A stretch of DNA of 59,323 nt from an uncultured Pseudomonadales bacterium (GTDB taxonomy: Bacteria > Patescibacteriota > Microgenomatia > UBA1400 > CG1-02-47-37): contig CAYICL010000001.1 of NCBI GenBank assembly GCA_964361885.1, positions 1 through 59,323 on the forward strand, written 5' to 3'. The translations under genes were made by a program, and so were the position numbers. Below, piece by piece: positions 8,054 through 17,461 of this stretch (position 1 is the stretch's first letter; each line of letters begins with the position of its first letter). The notes below the pieces were generated by a model that ran no database searches, was not told the origin of the DNA, and saw only the letters and a list, made by a program, of their open reading frames with translations.

Positions 8054-9636
8054 AGACGTTGGTGTTGATAAAGTAAACCATCGCTAAAACCATAGCGGCG
8101 ATAGTAAGGTTTGGTGCCAATACTGGAGATAACCGAAAGCTGTTTAAACTTAAGTTTACGAGCAATCAAGACAGCCTGTTGAATTAATTTCTTACCTAAA
8201 CCTAAATGTTGAGTTTTAGCCGACTCCCCCAGATTCAAGGCTTGGCCATAAACATGGATTTCCCGGATAATGGCAGAAGTTTGAAGTTCTTTAATAAAAG
8301 GGGGGGTTTGGAGTAAAGACAGGCGGAGAAAGGCAACCAGATGATTGGTGGGAGTGACAAATTGAAGAAATTTTTCTTGACCGGTTGAGGTTTTATAGTT
8401 AATAACTTTTAGTTTTAATTGTTTTAAAGCGACCGGGTGGCGGCGGATTTCGCGAAAACGGATTTCCTGAATAGTCTGGCCGGCTTTTAAGACGGTGGAT
8501 TCAACCAGCTGGCGAAAATTGGAAGCTTTGTTGCCGCTGACAATATCAGCCGAAGAAAAATCCCGAATCATTCTGGTCACCCGGCAGTAAGCCGGAATCA
8601 AGGGTAAAATTGTGGTTAAAACAGACAGGAGTTGGTTTTGAGTGTAAGGTCGATAAAGACCTTTTTGATAATAGTTAAAGAGTTGGGCGGAGGCAATCAG
8701 GCTGCAAGGGTAGATTTTAAGTTCGTCGGGGCGATAATAGCTTTGGGAAAATATTTTTTTAAAGTCAGCAATGTCTTTTTTGACGGAAGAGCCGTAAAGG
8801 TTAGCCATCCAATGGGCTTGAATTTTAAAGCCGGACAGTCTTAACAGCCGAAAAGCTTTTCTGGTGGCCTGAATAGTGTGGCCGCGGCGGTTAAGCCGTA
8901 AGATTTTATTATCCAAGCTTTGGACACCGAGCTGAACCTTAGTGCAGCCGAGTTTTCTAAGGCGGACAACTTCCGATTGACTGATAAAATCAGGCCGGGT
9001 TTCTAAACTTAAACCAACGCAGCGAGTGGCAGCAGTTTGGTTTTGGAGTTGTGATTTTTTAAGTTGAATCCAGGCAGCTTGGCCGGTGGTTTGGAATTTT
9101 GGTAAAGTCAGTGTTTGACCGGATTGAAAAGCGTTTAAAGCCTGAAAACAGCGGTTGATAAACCAGATTTGGTAGCTTAAAGGGTAAAAAGACCAGGTAC
9201 CGCCTAAAACAATCAGTTCAACTTTGTCGGTGTTATGGCCATTGGCATAATAGGAGTTAAGCCGAGTGATAACTTGGTTAAAAGGGTCAAAACGATTGGT
9301 TAGAGCCCTTTGGGCTCCGGGTTCGCTGGAGAGGTAGCTTTTGGGCAGATTAGCATCTAAGGGGCAAAAGATACAGGTGCCGGGACAAGGATAAGGCTTG
9401 GTTAAAACCGTTACCGGGACAACGCCGGATGAAGTCCTAACCGGTTTAGCCACCAGATCGATCGGGTATTCAAAATATCTTAAACCATTGATAATTTCCG
9501 CTTTAGTAAAAAGCGTGCTGGTGGTTTTCGGATAGCGGCGTAAAACCCGGTCATAAGTCTGGCCGGATTTTAAGGCTTTGATTAGCGGCAAGAGTTTCTT
9601 TTGATGGTCTTTAGGATTAAAATCAAATTTACTCAT
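8050..9636 (-). CDS. elp3: Elp3-like radical-SAM/GNAT tRNA wobble-uridine carboxymethyl modification enzyme
   Basis: 528 aa with the Fe-S motif CPGTCIFCP, the block DKVELIVLGGTWSFYP, and a C-terminal GNAT domain (HLGLGKKLIQQAVLIA..YYRRYGF). This is the Elp3 domain order. Confidence 0.85.
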   Translation of the reverse strand: MSKFDFNPKDHQKKLLPLIKALKSGQTYDRVLRRYPKTTSTLFTKAEIINGLRYFEYPIDLVAKPVRTSSGVVPVTVLTKPYPCPGTCIFCPLDANLPKSYLSSEPGAQRALTNRFDPFNQVITRLNSYYANGHNTDKVELIVLGGTWSFYPLSYQIWFINRCFQALNAFQSGQTLTLPKFQTTGQAAWIQLKKSQLQNQTAATRCVGLSLETRPDFISQSEVVRLRKLGCTKVQLGVQSLDNKILRLNRRGHTIQATRKAFRLLRLSGFKIQAHWMANLYGSSVKKDIADFKKIFSQSYYRPDELKIYPCSLIASAQLFNYYQKGLYRPYTQNQLLSVLTTILPLIPAYCRVTRMIRDFSSADIVSGNKASNFRQLVESTVLKAGQTIQEIRFREIRRHPVALKQLKLKVINYKTSTGQEKFLQFVTPTNHLVAFLRLSLLQTPPFIKELQTSAIIREIHVYGQALNLGESAKTQHLGLGKKLIQQAVLIARKLKFKQLSVISSIGTKPYYRRYGFSDGLLYQHQRL

Positions 9637-10278
9637 ATGGATTTAAACAAACTTAATGAAAAGTTTTACTTAAAAACCCAAGAGTATTTTAACACTTCCC
9701 GGCAGTTTTACTGGGAAGGCTGGGAAAAACTACTGCCTTACCTGCAAGACCTTCAGGGAGAGACCCTGAAGGTTTTGGACCTGGGTTGCGGCAACGGCCG
9801 CTTCGGCAAGTGGTTAGCCGAGCACAAAACCATTGACTATACTGGCATTGACAATAACCAGTATTTGCTTGATCGTGCCAGGGAATCGCTACCCCAAGCC
9901 AAGTTAATCAACCAGGATATCTTAAAACCCTGGACCATAAAAGATAAGTTTGATTTGGTGGCAATTTTAAGCGTGATGCACCATTTACCCAAAATAAACC
10001 GGGCGCCACTGCTAAAGTGCGCTGCGGCACGCTTGGCGCCGAACGGCATCTTATTTTTAAGCTTTTGGGAGTTTAACCGCTCCCAGGAATCCAAAATAGT
10101 TAAAGACTTGGGTGGTAACGACTATATTTTGGATTGGCACCTCGGCGTTCACGCCAAACGTTATTGCCACCTTTATACTCAAAAAGAAATCAACGAGTTA
10201 ATAAAACCCCTGAAATTAAAACTTCTTGCCAACTTTAGCGCCGACACCAGCAATAGATATTTAATCTTGCTAAAATAA
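9637..10278 (+). CDS. class I SAM-dependent methyltransferase, Trm9-like
   Basis: ATG at 9637 (the tracked ORF starts at an upstream TTG). It has motif I VLDLGCGNGRFG, plus FNTSRQFYWEGW, LSVMHHL, FLSFWEF and DYILDW, in the same order as Trm9/ALKBH8 methyltransferase blocks. This comparison is from memory and unverified. Confidence 0.65.
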   Translation: MDLNKLNEKFYLKTQEYFNTSRQFYWEGWEKLLPYLQDLQGETLKVLDLGCGNGRFGKWLAEHKTIDYTGIDNNQYLLDRARESLPQAKLINQDILKPWTIKDKFDLVAILSVMHHLPKINRAPLLKCAAARLAPNGILFLSFWEFNRSQESKIVKDLGGNDYILDWHLGVHAKRYCHLYTQKEINELIKPLKLKLLANFSADTSNRYLILLK

Positions 10279-10282
10279 TCAT

Positions 10283-11083
10283 ATGCCTGAAGAAACCCGT
10301 TTTGCTGATAAAGACCTTCAGCTTTTATTCCGCCCAAAATTTAAACATTTCAAACCAATAAATAATGGCCGCGACCAATTTGGCAATAGATTATTTTCAG
10401 CACGGAAACAAGGATTATATGCGCCTGGTTATGTTGATAGAGAAGGCAAACAATACAAGGCCGTCCTTTTAATATCTCCTGAAGGAGAAAAATTAATAAA
10501 ACATAATCCGGGCATTCTTAATGACATTGATCGAGGAGTTACAGCAATTAATAACTGGGAATCGAGTATTGTTTTGTCGGAAAATCCCAAAAGATCTCTT
10601 AGTAAAATCTGGTCAGAGTATAACAATCGCTTGGCCCGCTTACAATTAGGGGAAAACGAGTATTTATTAAAATGGTTAAACCAAGAAAAATTAGTCGATA
10701 AATACCTTGCCTATCAGCCTTTTATTAATGAAATGCTGCAAGTGCAAGAAGTCCAGAAAAAATTCGGTGAAGAATTATTAAGAGAAGACGTCAATGTAAT
10801 CCTACCAACCTATTTTTTCGCGTCTGGTTTCCTGCTCTGCAAAACTTACGAATCGGGCAAACCAGCTTCACCGGAGCCAAAAATTCTAGAAAGAATTGAT
10901 AAAGCATTATATATCGTCATGGAATATGTTTGGAAGCAAACAGAGGTAAAAGGGTCTTTATGGGAAAATGTTCATTTTGACACACAAGACTGGATTACTG
11001 GAACAATGGTCAGAACAAACAACTTTATTCTAAGACCAGACAATAAACTTGCGTGGGTTGATCCTTTTACTTATTTTAAGTAA
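10283..11083 (+). CDS. hypothetical protein (266 aa), co-oriented 4 nt after the Trm9-like gene
   Basis: Clean ORF. The C-terminal HFD..NNFILRPDNKLAWVDPF is only vaguely kinase-like, so no family is assigned. Confidence 0.55.
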   Translation: MPEETRFADKDLQLLFRPKFKHFKPINNGRDQFGNRLFSARKQGLYAPGYVDREGKQYKAVLLISPEGEKLIKHNPGILNDIDRGVTAINNWESSIVLSENPKRSLSKIWSEYNNRLARLQLGENEYLLKWLNQEKLVDKYLAYQPFINEMLQVQEVQKKFGEELLREDVNVILPTYFFASGFLLCKTYESGKPASPEPKILERIDKALYIVMEYVWKQTEVKGSLWENVHFDTQDWITGTMVRTNNFILRPDNKLAWVDPFTYFK

Positions 11084-11106
11084 TTGACAGAAACAGCCAA
11101 AAAAAC

Positions 11107-11625
11107 TTATTTTTTCACCAGATAATGCAATTGAATTGTTTTTCCCTTAGATTGTTTCATCTCGATTAACTCCAGTTTCAATTCAAAAACATCAGGCTTA
11201 AATAACGGAATACCTTTACCCTCGACTACCGGTTCGATATTTAAAATCACCTCGTCGATCAAACCCAATTTAGCAAAAGCAGTGTTTAAAGTTGAACCGC
11301 CGGACAAAACTACACTTTTAAAACCATGCTTTTTTAATGTTTTTAGCGCCGCTTCCGGAGAATTAACTAACTCAAATCCTGGACCAACTTCATAATCCGG
11401 ATTAGTGGAAACCACAACGGCCTTAATGCCTTTAATATCGTCAAAATATGACTTGGGCCAAGTTTTAACCACCTGATGAGTTTTCCGCCCCCAAATCACG
11501 CAACCGTGTTGACGTAAAACTTCTAACCACGTCAACCAACAATCATGGGAAATAAAATCTTCGTTATTATCCTCTCCGGCGATGTAGCCATTTAAAGACA
11601 TTCCCATCCACAAAATTACTTTCAT
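11107..11625 (-). CDS. dihydrofolate reductase-family / RibD C-terminal domain reductase
   Basis: ATG at 11625 (the upstream start of the tracked ORF is GTG). The block MKVILWMGMSLNGYIAG..VIWGRKTH..VVLSGGSTLN is typical of RibD_C-like proteins. Confidence 0.7.
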   Translation of the reverse strand: MKVILWMGMSLNGYIAGEDNNEDFISHDCWLTWLEVLRQHGCVIWGRKTHQVVKTWPKSYFDDIKGIKAVVVSTNPDYEVGPGFELVNSPEAALKTLKKHGFKSVVLSGGSTLNTAFAKLGLIDEVILNIEPVVEGKGIPLFKPDVFELKLELIEMKQSKGKTIQLHYLVKK

Positions 11626-11630
11626 AAATC

Positions 11631-11996
11631 TTATTTTACTACCCACCACTGTTTAAATAAGGTACACAAACCCTGGCGGTTTAATTGAACTAAAAAGATG
11701 CCATCAAGCACGACTTTTTTATTTTCTTTTTTCCGGGTAAATTCTGCCGACCATTGAGCCAGACCAAATTGTTTGGTAACTACTAAAATGCGATAATTAA
11801 ATTTAATGTCTTTTTGAGTTTGCGGGACTTCCTGCCATAATTTTTTGACTGCCTCCGGGCTTTTATATGGTTTGGTAAAAGGCGTTTCATGATAAACCAC
11901 ATTTTTGGCGCAAATATCAGCAATGATCTGCGGATTTTTCTCCATCCAAGCTCGGCCTAATTGTTTTAGCCAATGATCAAATTGTTTTTTGGTCAT
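11631..11996 (-). CDS. NTF2/SnoaL-like fold protein, hypothetical
   Basis: 121 aa. Its size and pattern (..VVYHETPF..WSAEF..DGIFLVQLN..) resemble SnoaL-like proteins. The call is weak. Confidence 0.4.
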   Translation of the reverse strand: MTKKQFDHWLKQLGRAWMEKNPQIIADICAKNVVYHETPFTKPYKSPEAVKKLWQEVPQTQKDIKFNYRILVVTKQFGLAQWSAEFTRKKENKKVVLDGIFLVQLNRQGLCTLFKQWWVVK

Positions 11997-12432
11997 ATTC
12001 TTTAATAAATAATTTTATTGTTTCTAAATGATCAAAGGCAAAATCTTTTTGAGGAGGGAGATTATCCAAATCAAACCACTTGACCCCAGCAATTTCGTCG
12101 TCGGAGCCACCGATTTTTTTTAAGGGTTTAACTAAATAGAAAAAGGAAACATTCTGCCGGTCTTCGTGGCGTCGCTGAGGATTATCGACAATCCGAAATA
12201 ATTTAATTATCTTACCGCTATAACCGGTTTCTTCTTGGAGTTCGCGCAAGACGGCTTGCTCGATGGTTTCGTTCCTATCCAAAAAGCCGCCGGGCAGGGC
12301 CCATTTGTTGGGTTCTGAATATTTAGGCCCGCGTTTAACTAAAAGAATTTGGTTATCTTTCACCACCAGCATGTCGATAACTACATGGCGCAAAGAGGTT
12401 TTATGGCTATTTTCAAAATAACAGGTAATCAT
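11977..12432 (-). CDS. NUDIX hydrolase
   Basis: Nudix box GGFLDRNETIEQAVLRELQEETGY. Confidence 0.88.
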   Translation of the reverse strand: MITCYFENSHKTSLRHVVIDMLVVKDNQILLVKRGPKYSEPNKWALPGGFLDRNETIEQAVLRELQEETGYSGKIIKLFRIVDNPQRRHEDRQNVSFFYLVKPLKKIGGSDDEIAGVKWFDLDNLPPQKDFAFDHLETIKLFIKEYDQKTI

Positions 12433-13568
12433 TAGAGATAATTATACCTCTTATTAATTTTATTCTGGTAAAAAAGAATTATTGGGAAAAGAAGCATAAT
12501 AAAACCGAGAAAGTAAAAAATGTAAGTGGGTTTGGTTTGGAAGGAAAAATTTATCACCAAAAGAGTGAAACTGATAGCGCGGCCGACTGAAAGCACTAAT
12601 TCCCGAGTAATAAAAGCTGTGCGTAAGTTTTTACTGGTATCAACAAAAATCGTTGAAGTCAGATTCCAAAATATCGGAATAAAAAATTGAATAATGCCGG
12701 TAAAGATCAGCCAAAGCACAATATTTTTTAAGGCTAAAGGGAATAAAAAAGTAGTGACTGATAAAATTAAAGTTAAAGGAAATAAAAAGATAGCTCTTTT
12801 TTGCAATTTATCAACAAACTTGCCGAGCGATAGATTAGCGATAACGCTGATGATTGAGAGATATGACAAATAAGCTCCGAAATAAAGCGGAGATTTAATA
12901 AAATAAAGGCTGAAAATTGGAATGATGCCCAAGGCGATTATTTCCCAAAAAGACTGAAGGATAATCAAAATAAAAGTCGGCTTAATTTCTTTAAAGGAGA
13001 TTTGGTATTTAATATTAAAATCGGGTTGATAACGGGTTAGAAAAAAACTGACTGCAAAAAAGACGAAGGAAAAAATCCAAATATATTTATAATCAAAACT
13101 TGCCAGTAAACCGGCCAGTAATGGCGCCAAGATACCGATCAGAGGCGAAAGACTGAAAAGAATAGCTGAAGAAAAACTAGTTCTATGTTTGGGGGTTAAT
13201 TCAAAATGAGAAATATTGTAGGGAATATAAAAAAAGGTTAAAGATAAACCAACAACGGCAAATGAAAGATAAAACTGAAGAGTGCTTTTTATATTAGTAA
13301 TTAACAATAAAAAAGTAATTGAAGTAATTAAAGCCAGCCGCCAAGATTGTTTAACCTTTATGGATTTCATTAATAAGATTAATAAAGCGGCGGCGGAAAA
13401 AAAGATAATATTTGATGTTTGCATTTGAGCGATAGAAAAACCTTCTCTTAAAAAATAGGGGCTTAAAACCGAATTGCTGAATGATTTAAACCAAAGATAA
13501 GAAGCAAAAAAAATCAACAGGTTAAAGAACTGCTGGCGTCTGGGGTTAGAGGTTAATGATTTGGACAT
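12432..13568 (-). CDS. polytopic membrane transporter, MFS-like
   Basis: 378 aa with about 12 predicted TM segments. No diagnostic motif was verified. Confidence 0.5.
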   Translation of the reverse strand: MSKSLTSNPRRQQFFNLLIFFASYLWFKSFSNSVLSPYFLREGFSIAQMQTSNIIFFSAAALLILLMKSIKVKQSWRLALITSITFLLLITNIKSTLQFYLSFAVVGLSLTFFYIPYNISHFELTPKHRTSFSSAILFSLSPLIGILAPLLAGLLASFDYKYIWIFSFVFFAVSFFLTRYQPDFNIKYQISFKEIKPTFILIILQSFWEIIALGIIPIFSLYFIKSPLYFGAYLSYLSIISVIANLSLGKFVDKLQKRAIFLFPLTLILSVTTFLFPLALKNIVLWLIFTGIIQFFIPIFWNLTSTIFVDTSKNLRTAFITRELVLSVGRAISFTLLVINFSFQTKPTYIFYFLGFIMLLFPIILFYQNKINKRYNYL

Positions 13569-14694
13569 TCTGGGATATTTTAACAGCTATTTGATCAAGA
13601 TTAATCGCTGATTCCAACTGCTTGATTTTATCCATATTAGCCTTAGTGGCCGGATGGGTGGAAATTATTGAACAGCAATCTTTGTAAGGTTTATTAGTTT
13701 CACTTTCTAAACCGATTTGCCTGACTAAACTAATAATGTCTTTTTTATCCATGCCGATTAAAGGGCGGAAAACGGGAATTTCAACCGCTTGATCAACGGC
13801 GCAGATATTTTCCATGGTTTGAGAGGCGACTTGACCGAGACTGTCGCCTAAGACTAAAGCCTGATAGCCATATTTTTTAGCCAACTGCTCCCCGACTTTA
13901 ACCATTAAGCGTCTAAAACCCACCAGTTCCTGTTTAACTTGGCTTAGGGGAAGATCTAAGACTTTCATTTGAAAGAAAAGGTAAGAGGCCAGGTATAGTT
14001 TATGGGACAGAGTAAATTGAGACAGTTTATCAATAATAGTTTTGATTTTTGAGTCTAAGACCCGGTTATAGTCCGGAAAAACATGGAAATGCAAAAAGTC
14101 AACTTGAGCACCTCTTTTGGCCAACAGGTAAGAAGCAACAATGGAATCAAAGCCGCCGGAAAGCAAAGATAAGACCTTACCGGCAGAGCCGACCGGCAAA
14201 CCGCCCGGGCCCTGGATTTTGTTAAAGTAAATAAAAGTAAAATCTTTATAACAGGAAAGATAGATAGTTTGAGAGGGATGAGTTAAATCAACCTTGGCTT
14301 TAGCGGCAATTCTGACTGCCTGACCAACCTTAATTGCCAAATCCTGGCTGGTAAAAGGCAAAGTTTTATCAATTCTTTGCGCCTGAACAGCAAAAGTATT
14401 TTTTGAAGATATTTGTTTTTTGGCAATGGTAACAGTCTTAGAAATTATGCTTTTTAGATGACTCGGAGATTCAGCAACCGGAGAAAACCAGGCGATACCA
14501 AAAACTTGTTTAAGTTTGGCTATAGTTTGATTAATTAAATTAGATTTAACTAGTAAAATAATCTGTTTTTGGGACAGAGTAATTTTTTCAGGATTAACCG
14601 ATTGACGAATGTGGTTAATTAATAACCGCTCAAAATCTTTCCGGTTTTTACCCTTAAGACCGATCTCTGCATAACGGATGAGTATTTTGGACAT
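13546..14694 (-). CDS. thiI: tRNA 4-thiouridine synthase ThiI (no rhodanese domain)
   Basis: 382 aa with the N-terminal block IRYAEIGLKGKNR and the PP-loop LLSGGFDS. It ends before any rhodanese domain. Confidence 0.9.
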   Translation of the reverse strand: MSKILIRYAEIGLKGKNRKDFERLLINHIRQSVNPEKITLSQKQIILLVKSNLINQTIAKLKQVFGIAWFSPVAESPSHLKSIISKTVTIAKKQISSKNTFAVQAQRIDKTLPFTSQDLAIKVGQAVRIAAKAKVDLTHPSQTIYLSCYKDFTFIYFNKIQGPGGLPVGSAGKVLSLLSGGFDSIVASYLLAKRGAQVDFLHFHVFPDYNRVLDSKIKTIIDKLSQFTLSHKLYLASYLFFQMKVLDLPLSQVKQELVGFRRLMVKVGEQLAKKYGYQALVLGDSLGQVASQTMENICAVDQAVEIPVFRPLIGMDKKDIISLVRQIGLESETNKPYKDCCSIISTHPATKANMDKIKQLESAINLDQIAVKISQNVQIINL

Positions 14695-14700
14695 AAGACT

Positions 14701-14706
14701 ATTTTA
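14701..14706 (-). promoter_or_regulatory. -10 TAAAAT, 6 nt from thiI ATG (leaderless layout)
   Basis: The minus strand reads GGGTAAAAT-AGTCTT-ATG. Confidence 0.35.
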
Positions 14707-14724
14707 CCCTAAACAAGCTAAATC

Positions 14725-14733
14725 TGATAAAAT
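14725..14733 (+). promoter_or_regulatory. extended -10 TGaTAAAAT for tRNA-Gln
   Basis: It ends 8 nt upstream of tRNA position 1 (14742). Confidence 0.45.
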
Positions 14734-14741
14734 ATGATTAT

Positions 14742-14815
14742 TGCCGGATCTGCTAACGGCAGGCAAGCGGACTCTGAATCCGTTAATCCAGGTTCGAATC
14801 CTGGTCCGGCAACCA
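14742..14815 (+). tRNA. tRNA-Gln (anticodon CUG), CCA encoded
   Basis: Hand-folded, 74 nt. The acceptor is TGCCGGA/TCCGGCA (U1-A72 as in bacterial tRNA-Gln). The D stem is TGCT/GGCA, the anticodon stem GCGGA/TCCGT, and the loop CTCTGAA with CTG at 14774-14776. The T arm is CCAGG-TTCGAAT-CCTGG, followed by A73 and CCA. Confidence 0.9.
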
Positions 14816-14825
14816 GTAAAGATCT

Positions 14826-15047
14826 ATGGAAAAAGCTAAAACAACAGACACAATAAAGGAAGGGCCTGAAAACTTAGATGAGTTATTTATGGAGTTGTTT
14901 ACCCCAGAATTTCTGGAGAATTTACCACCTGGACAAATCAAAACAGTAATCAATAAATTGGAACTCATAGAGTCTAATTCTGAAACTATTCCATCTCAAT
15001 GGTCAGCCTTAAGAAATGTGTTACGGGAAAGAGGGTTTCTAGAATAA
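14826..15047 (+). CDS. small hypothetical protein (73 aa)
   Basis: The ORF starts 11 nt after the tRNA. No family recognised. Confidence 0.4.
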   Translation: MEKAKTTDTIKEGPENLDELFMELFTPEFLENLPPGQIKTVINKLELIESNSETIPSQWSALRNVLRERGFLE

Positions 15048-15169
15048 AGTTGCAACGACGGAAGGGGCTTAGACCGGCCCACTCAGTCAGTTAACTTAAG
15101 GCTATAAGAGTGTTGTATTATATAATAAGTATTTGTCAGGTAAAGATTATTTGAAAACCTCTAAATAAA

Positions 15170-16132
15170 ATGGAAATAGGAGTTGATAAAACGGAACGAG
15201 TGGTATTTTCTCCTGCGATTGAAGAAAGTCCCGAAATTATGGCTGCAATGAGCATGGCGGTCCAGTTAGTGGATAAATATTATGAATCCCTTTACCGCCA
15301 AGTCAGTAGGCCACACAAAGGACAATTAATTCCGGAATCCGTCATAGCATTTGCGTCAAGTTCTAATGGTGTGGACTTTGATAGAAGCGGTATAGTGCCA
15401 ATAAAACCAGGTGTAGAAAAAGGGAGCCTTGACCAACTCGCGGTCGAAGATCCAACGATTGTGAAAGATGGGCAAACATATTATGTTTTTCATTCTGCAG
15501 TTAGCCCAAAAGAAAAAAACGAAGGTGTTCAAGTGGGTATACAAGTGGTAACAGGAGACTCCCTACAGCGCCTGGGGACAAAAAAACAAACGGTTCTTAC
15601 CCCAAAAGAGGTTAGAAATTCTTTAGGAAAAGAAGTTGACATGGTTAAAGAACCGGAATTTTACTATGGAAAAGATCAGCTTTGGCATATGATTTTTGAG
15701 CACACCGGCAGGGGAAAATCAGAAATAGCAATTGCCGAAAGTCCCCAAATCACTGGTCCTTACAGAAATCACCGGTCACTTCTGGAAGTACGTCCAGGTA
15801 CCTGGGATTCCCAACACCTTAGCCCTGGCCCCTTACTTTTTACTTCAGGAGGGGATATTTTAATGTTTTACAATGGCAGAGGTCCTAAAAACTCTGAAGA
15901 CAATACTCCCAGTTGGTCGATCGGATATACCATCATTGATACCAAGACGGGGGCAATTATCGATCGTTCTGGCACCCCCATCATTCGACCTCCGGAAGAG
16001 ATAGGCCCTGGAAATCAATTAATATCTTTTGCCAATTCAATAACTTCAAAAGAAGGGCCCAGAATCCACAGGCTCTACTACACAGTTGCCGATACACGTT
16101 CGGCGGTAGCTAGTATTTTTACCAAACTATAG
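15170..16132 (+). CDS. five-bladed beta-propeller glycosidase/phosphorylase-like protein (GH130/GH43 superfamily-like)
   Basis: The blocks LAVEDPTIVKDGQTYYVFHSAV, MVKEPEFYY, MFYNGRG and WSIGYTIID resemble GH130-type repeats. Recognised by eye only. Confidence 0.5.
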   Translation: MEIGVDKTERVVFSPAIEESPEIMAAMSMAVQLVDKYYESLYRQVSRPHKGQLIPESVIAFASSSNGVDFDRSGIVPIKPGVEKGSLDQLAVEDPTIVKDGQTYYVFHSAVSPKEKNEGVQVGIQVVTGDSLQRLGTKKQTVLTPKEVRNSLGKEVDMVKEPEFYYGKDQLWHMIFEHTGRGKSEIAIAESPQITGPYRNHRSLLEVRPGTWDSQHLSPGPLLFTSGGDILMFYNGRGPKNSEDNTPSWSIGYTIIDTKTGAIIDRSGTPIIRPPEEIGPGNQLISFANSITSKEGPRIHRLYYTVADTRSAVASIFTKL

Positions 16133-16156
16133 TTTAGAATTGTTACCGGAGAAAAT

Positions 16157-17182
16157 TTATTTAAAAATCTTCGTTATTTCGTCTTTGGCTGAAAAATCCA
16201 AATCTTCAATCCTTCCCGCAGTCACTATTTTAAGCCCCTGATTTTTCTCCTTAATTTCTCCTATGGTAGCGGCTAAAATTTTGTGCCTTGCTAAGACCGA
16301 AGTGATCGAATCTACGCTTTTTGGAGGGGCAATGATTAATAAGGCTCCTGAAGCGATTGTTTTTAACGGATCTAAACCATATTCTTCACAAAGGATTCCT
16401 GATTCTTCTAGAATCGGAATTTTCCCTCTGTCAACCAGCAGGCCAACCCGTGAGGCCTGGGCAACTTCATAAAGTCCGGCGGAGAGTCCGCCCTCTGTCG
16501 GGTCGTGCATTGCATGAACGACAAACTGATTTGCCAAAAGTGCATCTCTAACTACCGAAAGGCCGGGTTTATGAAGAAAGTTTTGACAGTTTCGGATAAA
16601 CTCTTTGCTGTATCCTCTCTGTCTTAATTCTTCTCGTTTTTCCCTAGCAATGATCGTTGTGCCTTCGACAGCTACCCCTTTTGTTAAGATAATTGCGTCT
16701 CCGGGTTTAGCGCCTGAGGTTGAAACCAATTTTTCCCTAGCTACCTCGCCCAACATCGTACCAACAACAATAGGCCGATCCAAATTGTAGGTAACTTCAG
16801 TATGTCCTCCAACCACTGATACGCCCAGTGTTTTGGCAGCTTCGGAAATTTGAGCAAAAATCCTTTCCGCTTCTTTCTCGGTAGTCTTTCCTTCGGGAAG
16901 AAGTATGGTTGCTTGAAACCATTTTGGAACAGCGCCGGTTGTAGCGATATCATTAGCATTAACCTGAACTGCATACCAGCCGATTTCTTCGGTCGCAAAA
17001 GTTATTGGGTCAATCGTTAAAACCAGAAAGCGGTCGGCGTTCATGGGAGATTCAATTACTGCCGCGTCCTCTCCTACTTTAGGGCCCAAAACAACTCTGG
17101 GATCCGATATCGCCTCATACTTTTGAAGTAAAAACTCGAGAAACCGAAAATCTAGTTTTCCCACCGGCAAAATCTTCTTCAT
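16157..17182 (-). CDS. AIR synthase-related (PurM/HypE/ThiL-fold) protein
   Basis: ATG at 17182 is preceded by SD GGAGGAA (the tracked ORF starts at an upstream TTG). Motifs VGEDAAVI, DPITF..NANDIATTGA and VVGGHTEV are present. Confidence 0.75.
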   Translation of the reverse strand: MKKILPVGKLDFRFLEFLLQKYEAISDPRVVLGPKVGEDAAVIESPMNADRFLVLTIDPITFATEEIGWYAVQVNANDIATTGAVPKWFQATILLPEGKTTEKEAERIFAQISEAAKTLGVSVVGGHTEVTYNLDRPIVVGTMLGEVAREKLVSTSGAKPGDAIILTKGVAVEGTTIIAREKREELRQRGYSKEFIRNCQNFLHKPGLSVVRDALLANQFVVHAMHDPTEGGLSAGLYEVAQASRVGLLVDRGKIPILEESGILCEEYGLDPLKTIASGALLIIAPPKSVDSITSVLARHKILAATIGEIKEKNQGLKIVTAGRIEDLDFSAKDEITKIFK

Positions 17183-17275
17183 TCTTCCTCCTATTATAGT
17201 CTCTATAGTGAAATGGCAGAGCTTGACACTAAGGTTGCCAGTTGTCAAGATTAACTTGGAAGGGGGTGATACAGA

Positions 17276-17461
17276 ATGAATAAGGCTTCGTATATCAAAA
17301 TCTCTGGCTATATTTTTACGGTAGCGGCGCTAATTCATTTGTTAAGGCTGGCTTATGGCTGGCAGGCACAAATTGGCGGCTGGCTGGTGCCGATGTGGCT
17401 AAGTTTAGTGGCGATAGTAGTGGCTGGCTATTTGGCGTATACCGCGCTGAAGATGAAGTAG
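17276..17461 (+). CDS. small two-TM membrane protein, hypothetical
   Basis: 61 aa, hydrophobic, with SD GGAAGGGGG upstream. Confidence 0.45.
   Translation: MNKASYIKISGYIFTVAALIHLLRLAYGWQAQIGGWLVPMWLSLVAIVVAGYLAYTALKMK

Noticed and set aside
10283-11083. Kinase-like reading of HFD..NNFILRPDNKLAWVDPF in the 266-aa hypothetical protein
   Set aside because: The spacing between the putative catalytic Asp and Asn is far from the canonical HxDxxxxN, and no glycine-rich loop or VAIK-type Lys is evident. The protein is left as hypothetical.
14783-14968. 61-aa minus-strand ORF overlapping the tRNA-Gln 3' half
   Set aside because: It overlaps a confidently folded tRNA and the plus-strand small ORF, and nothing supports it.
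17222-17249. Inverted repeat CTTGACAC-N-..-GTTGTCAAG between the AIR-synthase-like gene and the small membrane gene
   Set aside because: It is probably just two facing TTGACA -35-like boxes. Only the plus-strand one has a plausible partner (-10 CAAGAT, 17 nt away), and nothing indicates an operator.
14815-17250. Possible genomic island inserted next to tRNA-Gln (small ORF, GH130-like gene, AIR-synthase-like gene)
   Set aside because: There is no integrase, no direct repeat of the tRNA 3' end downstream, and no obvious compositional break. The adjacency alone is not evidence.
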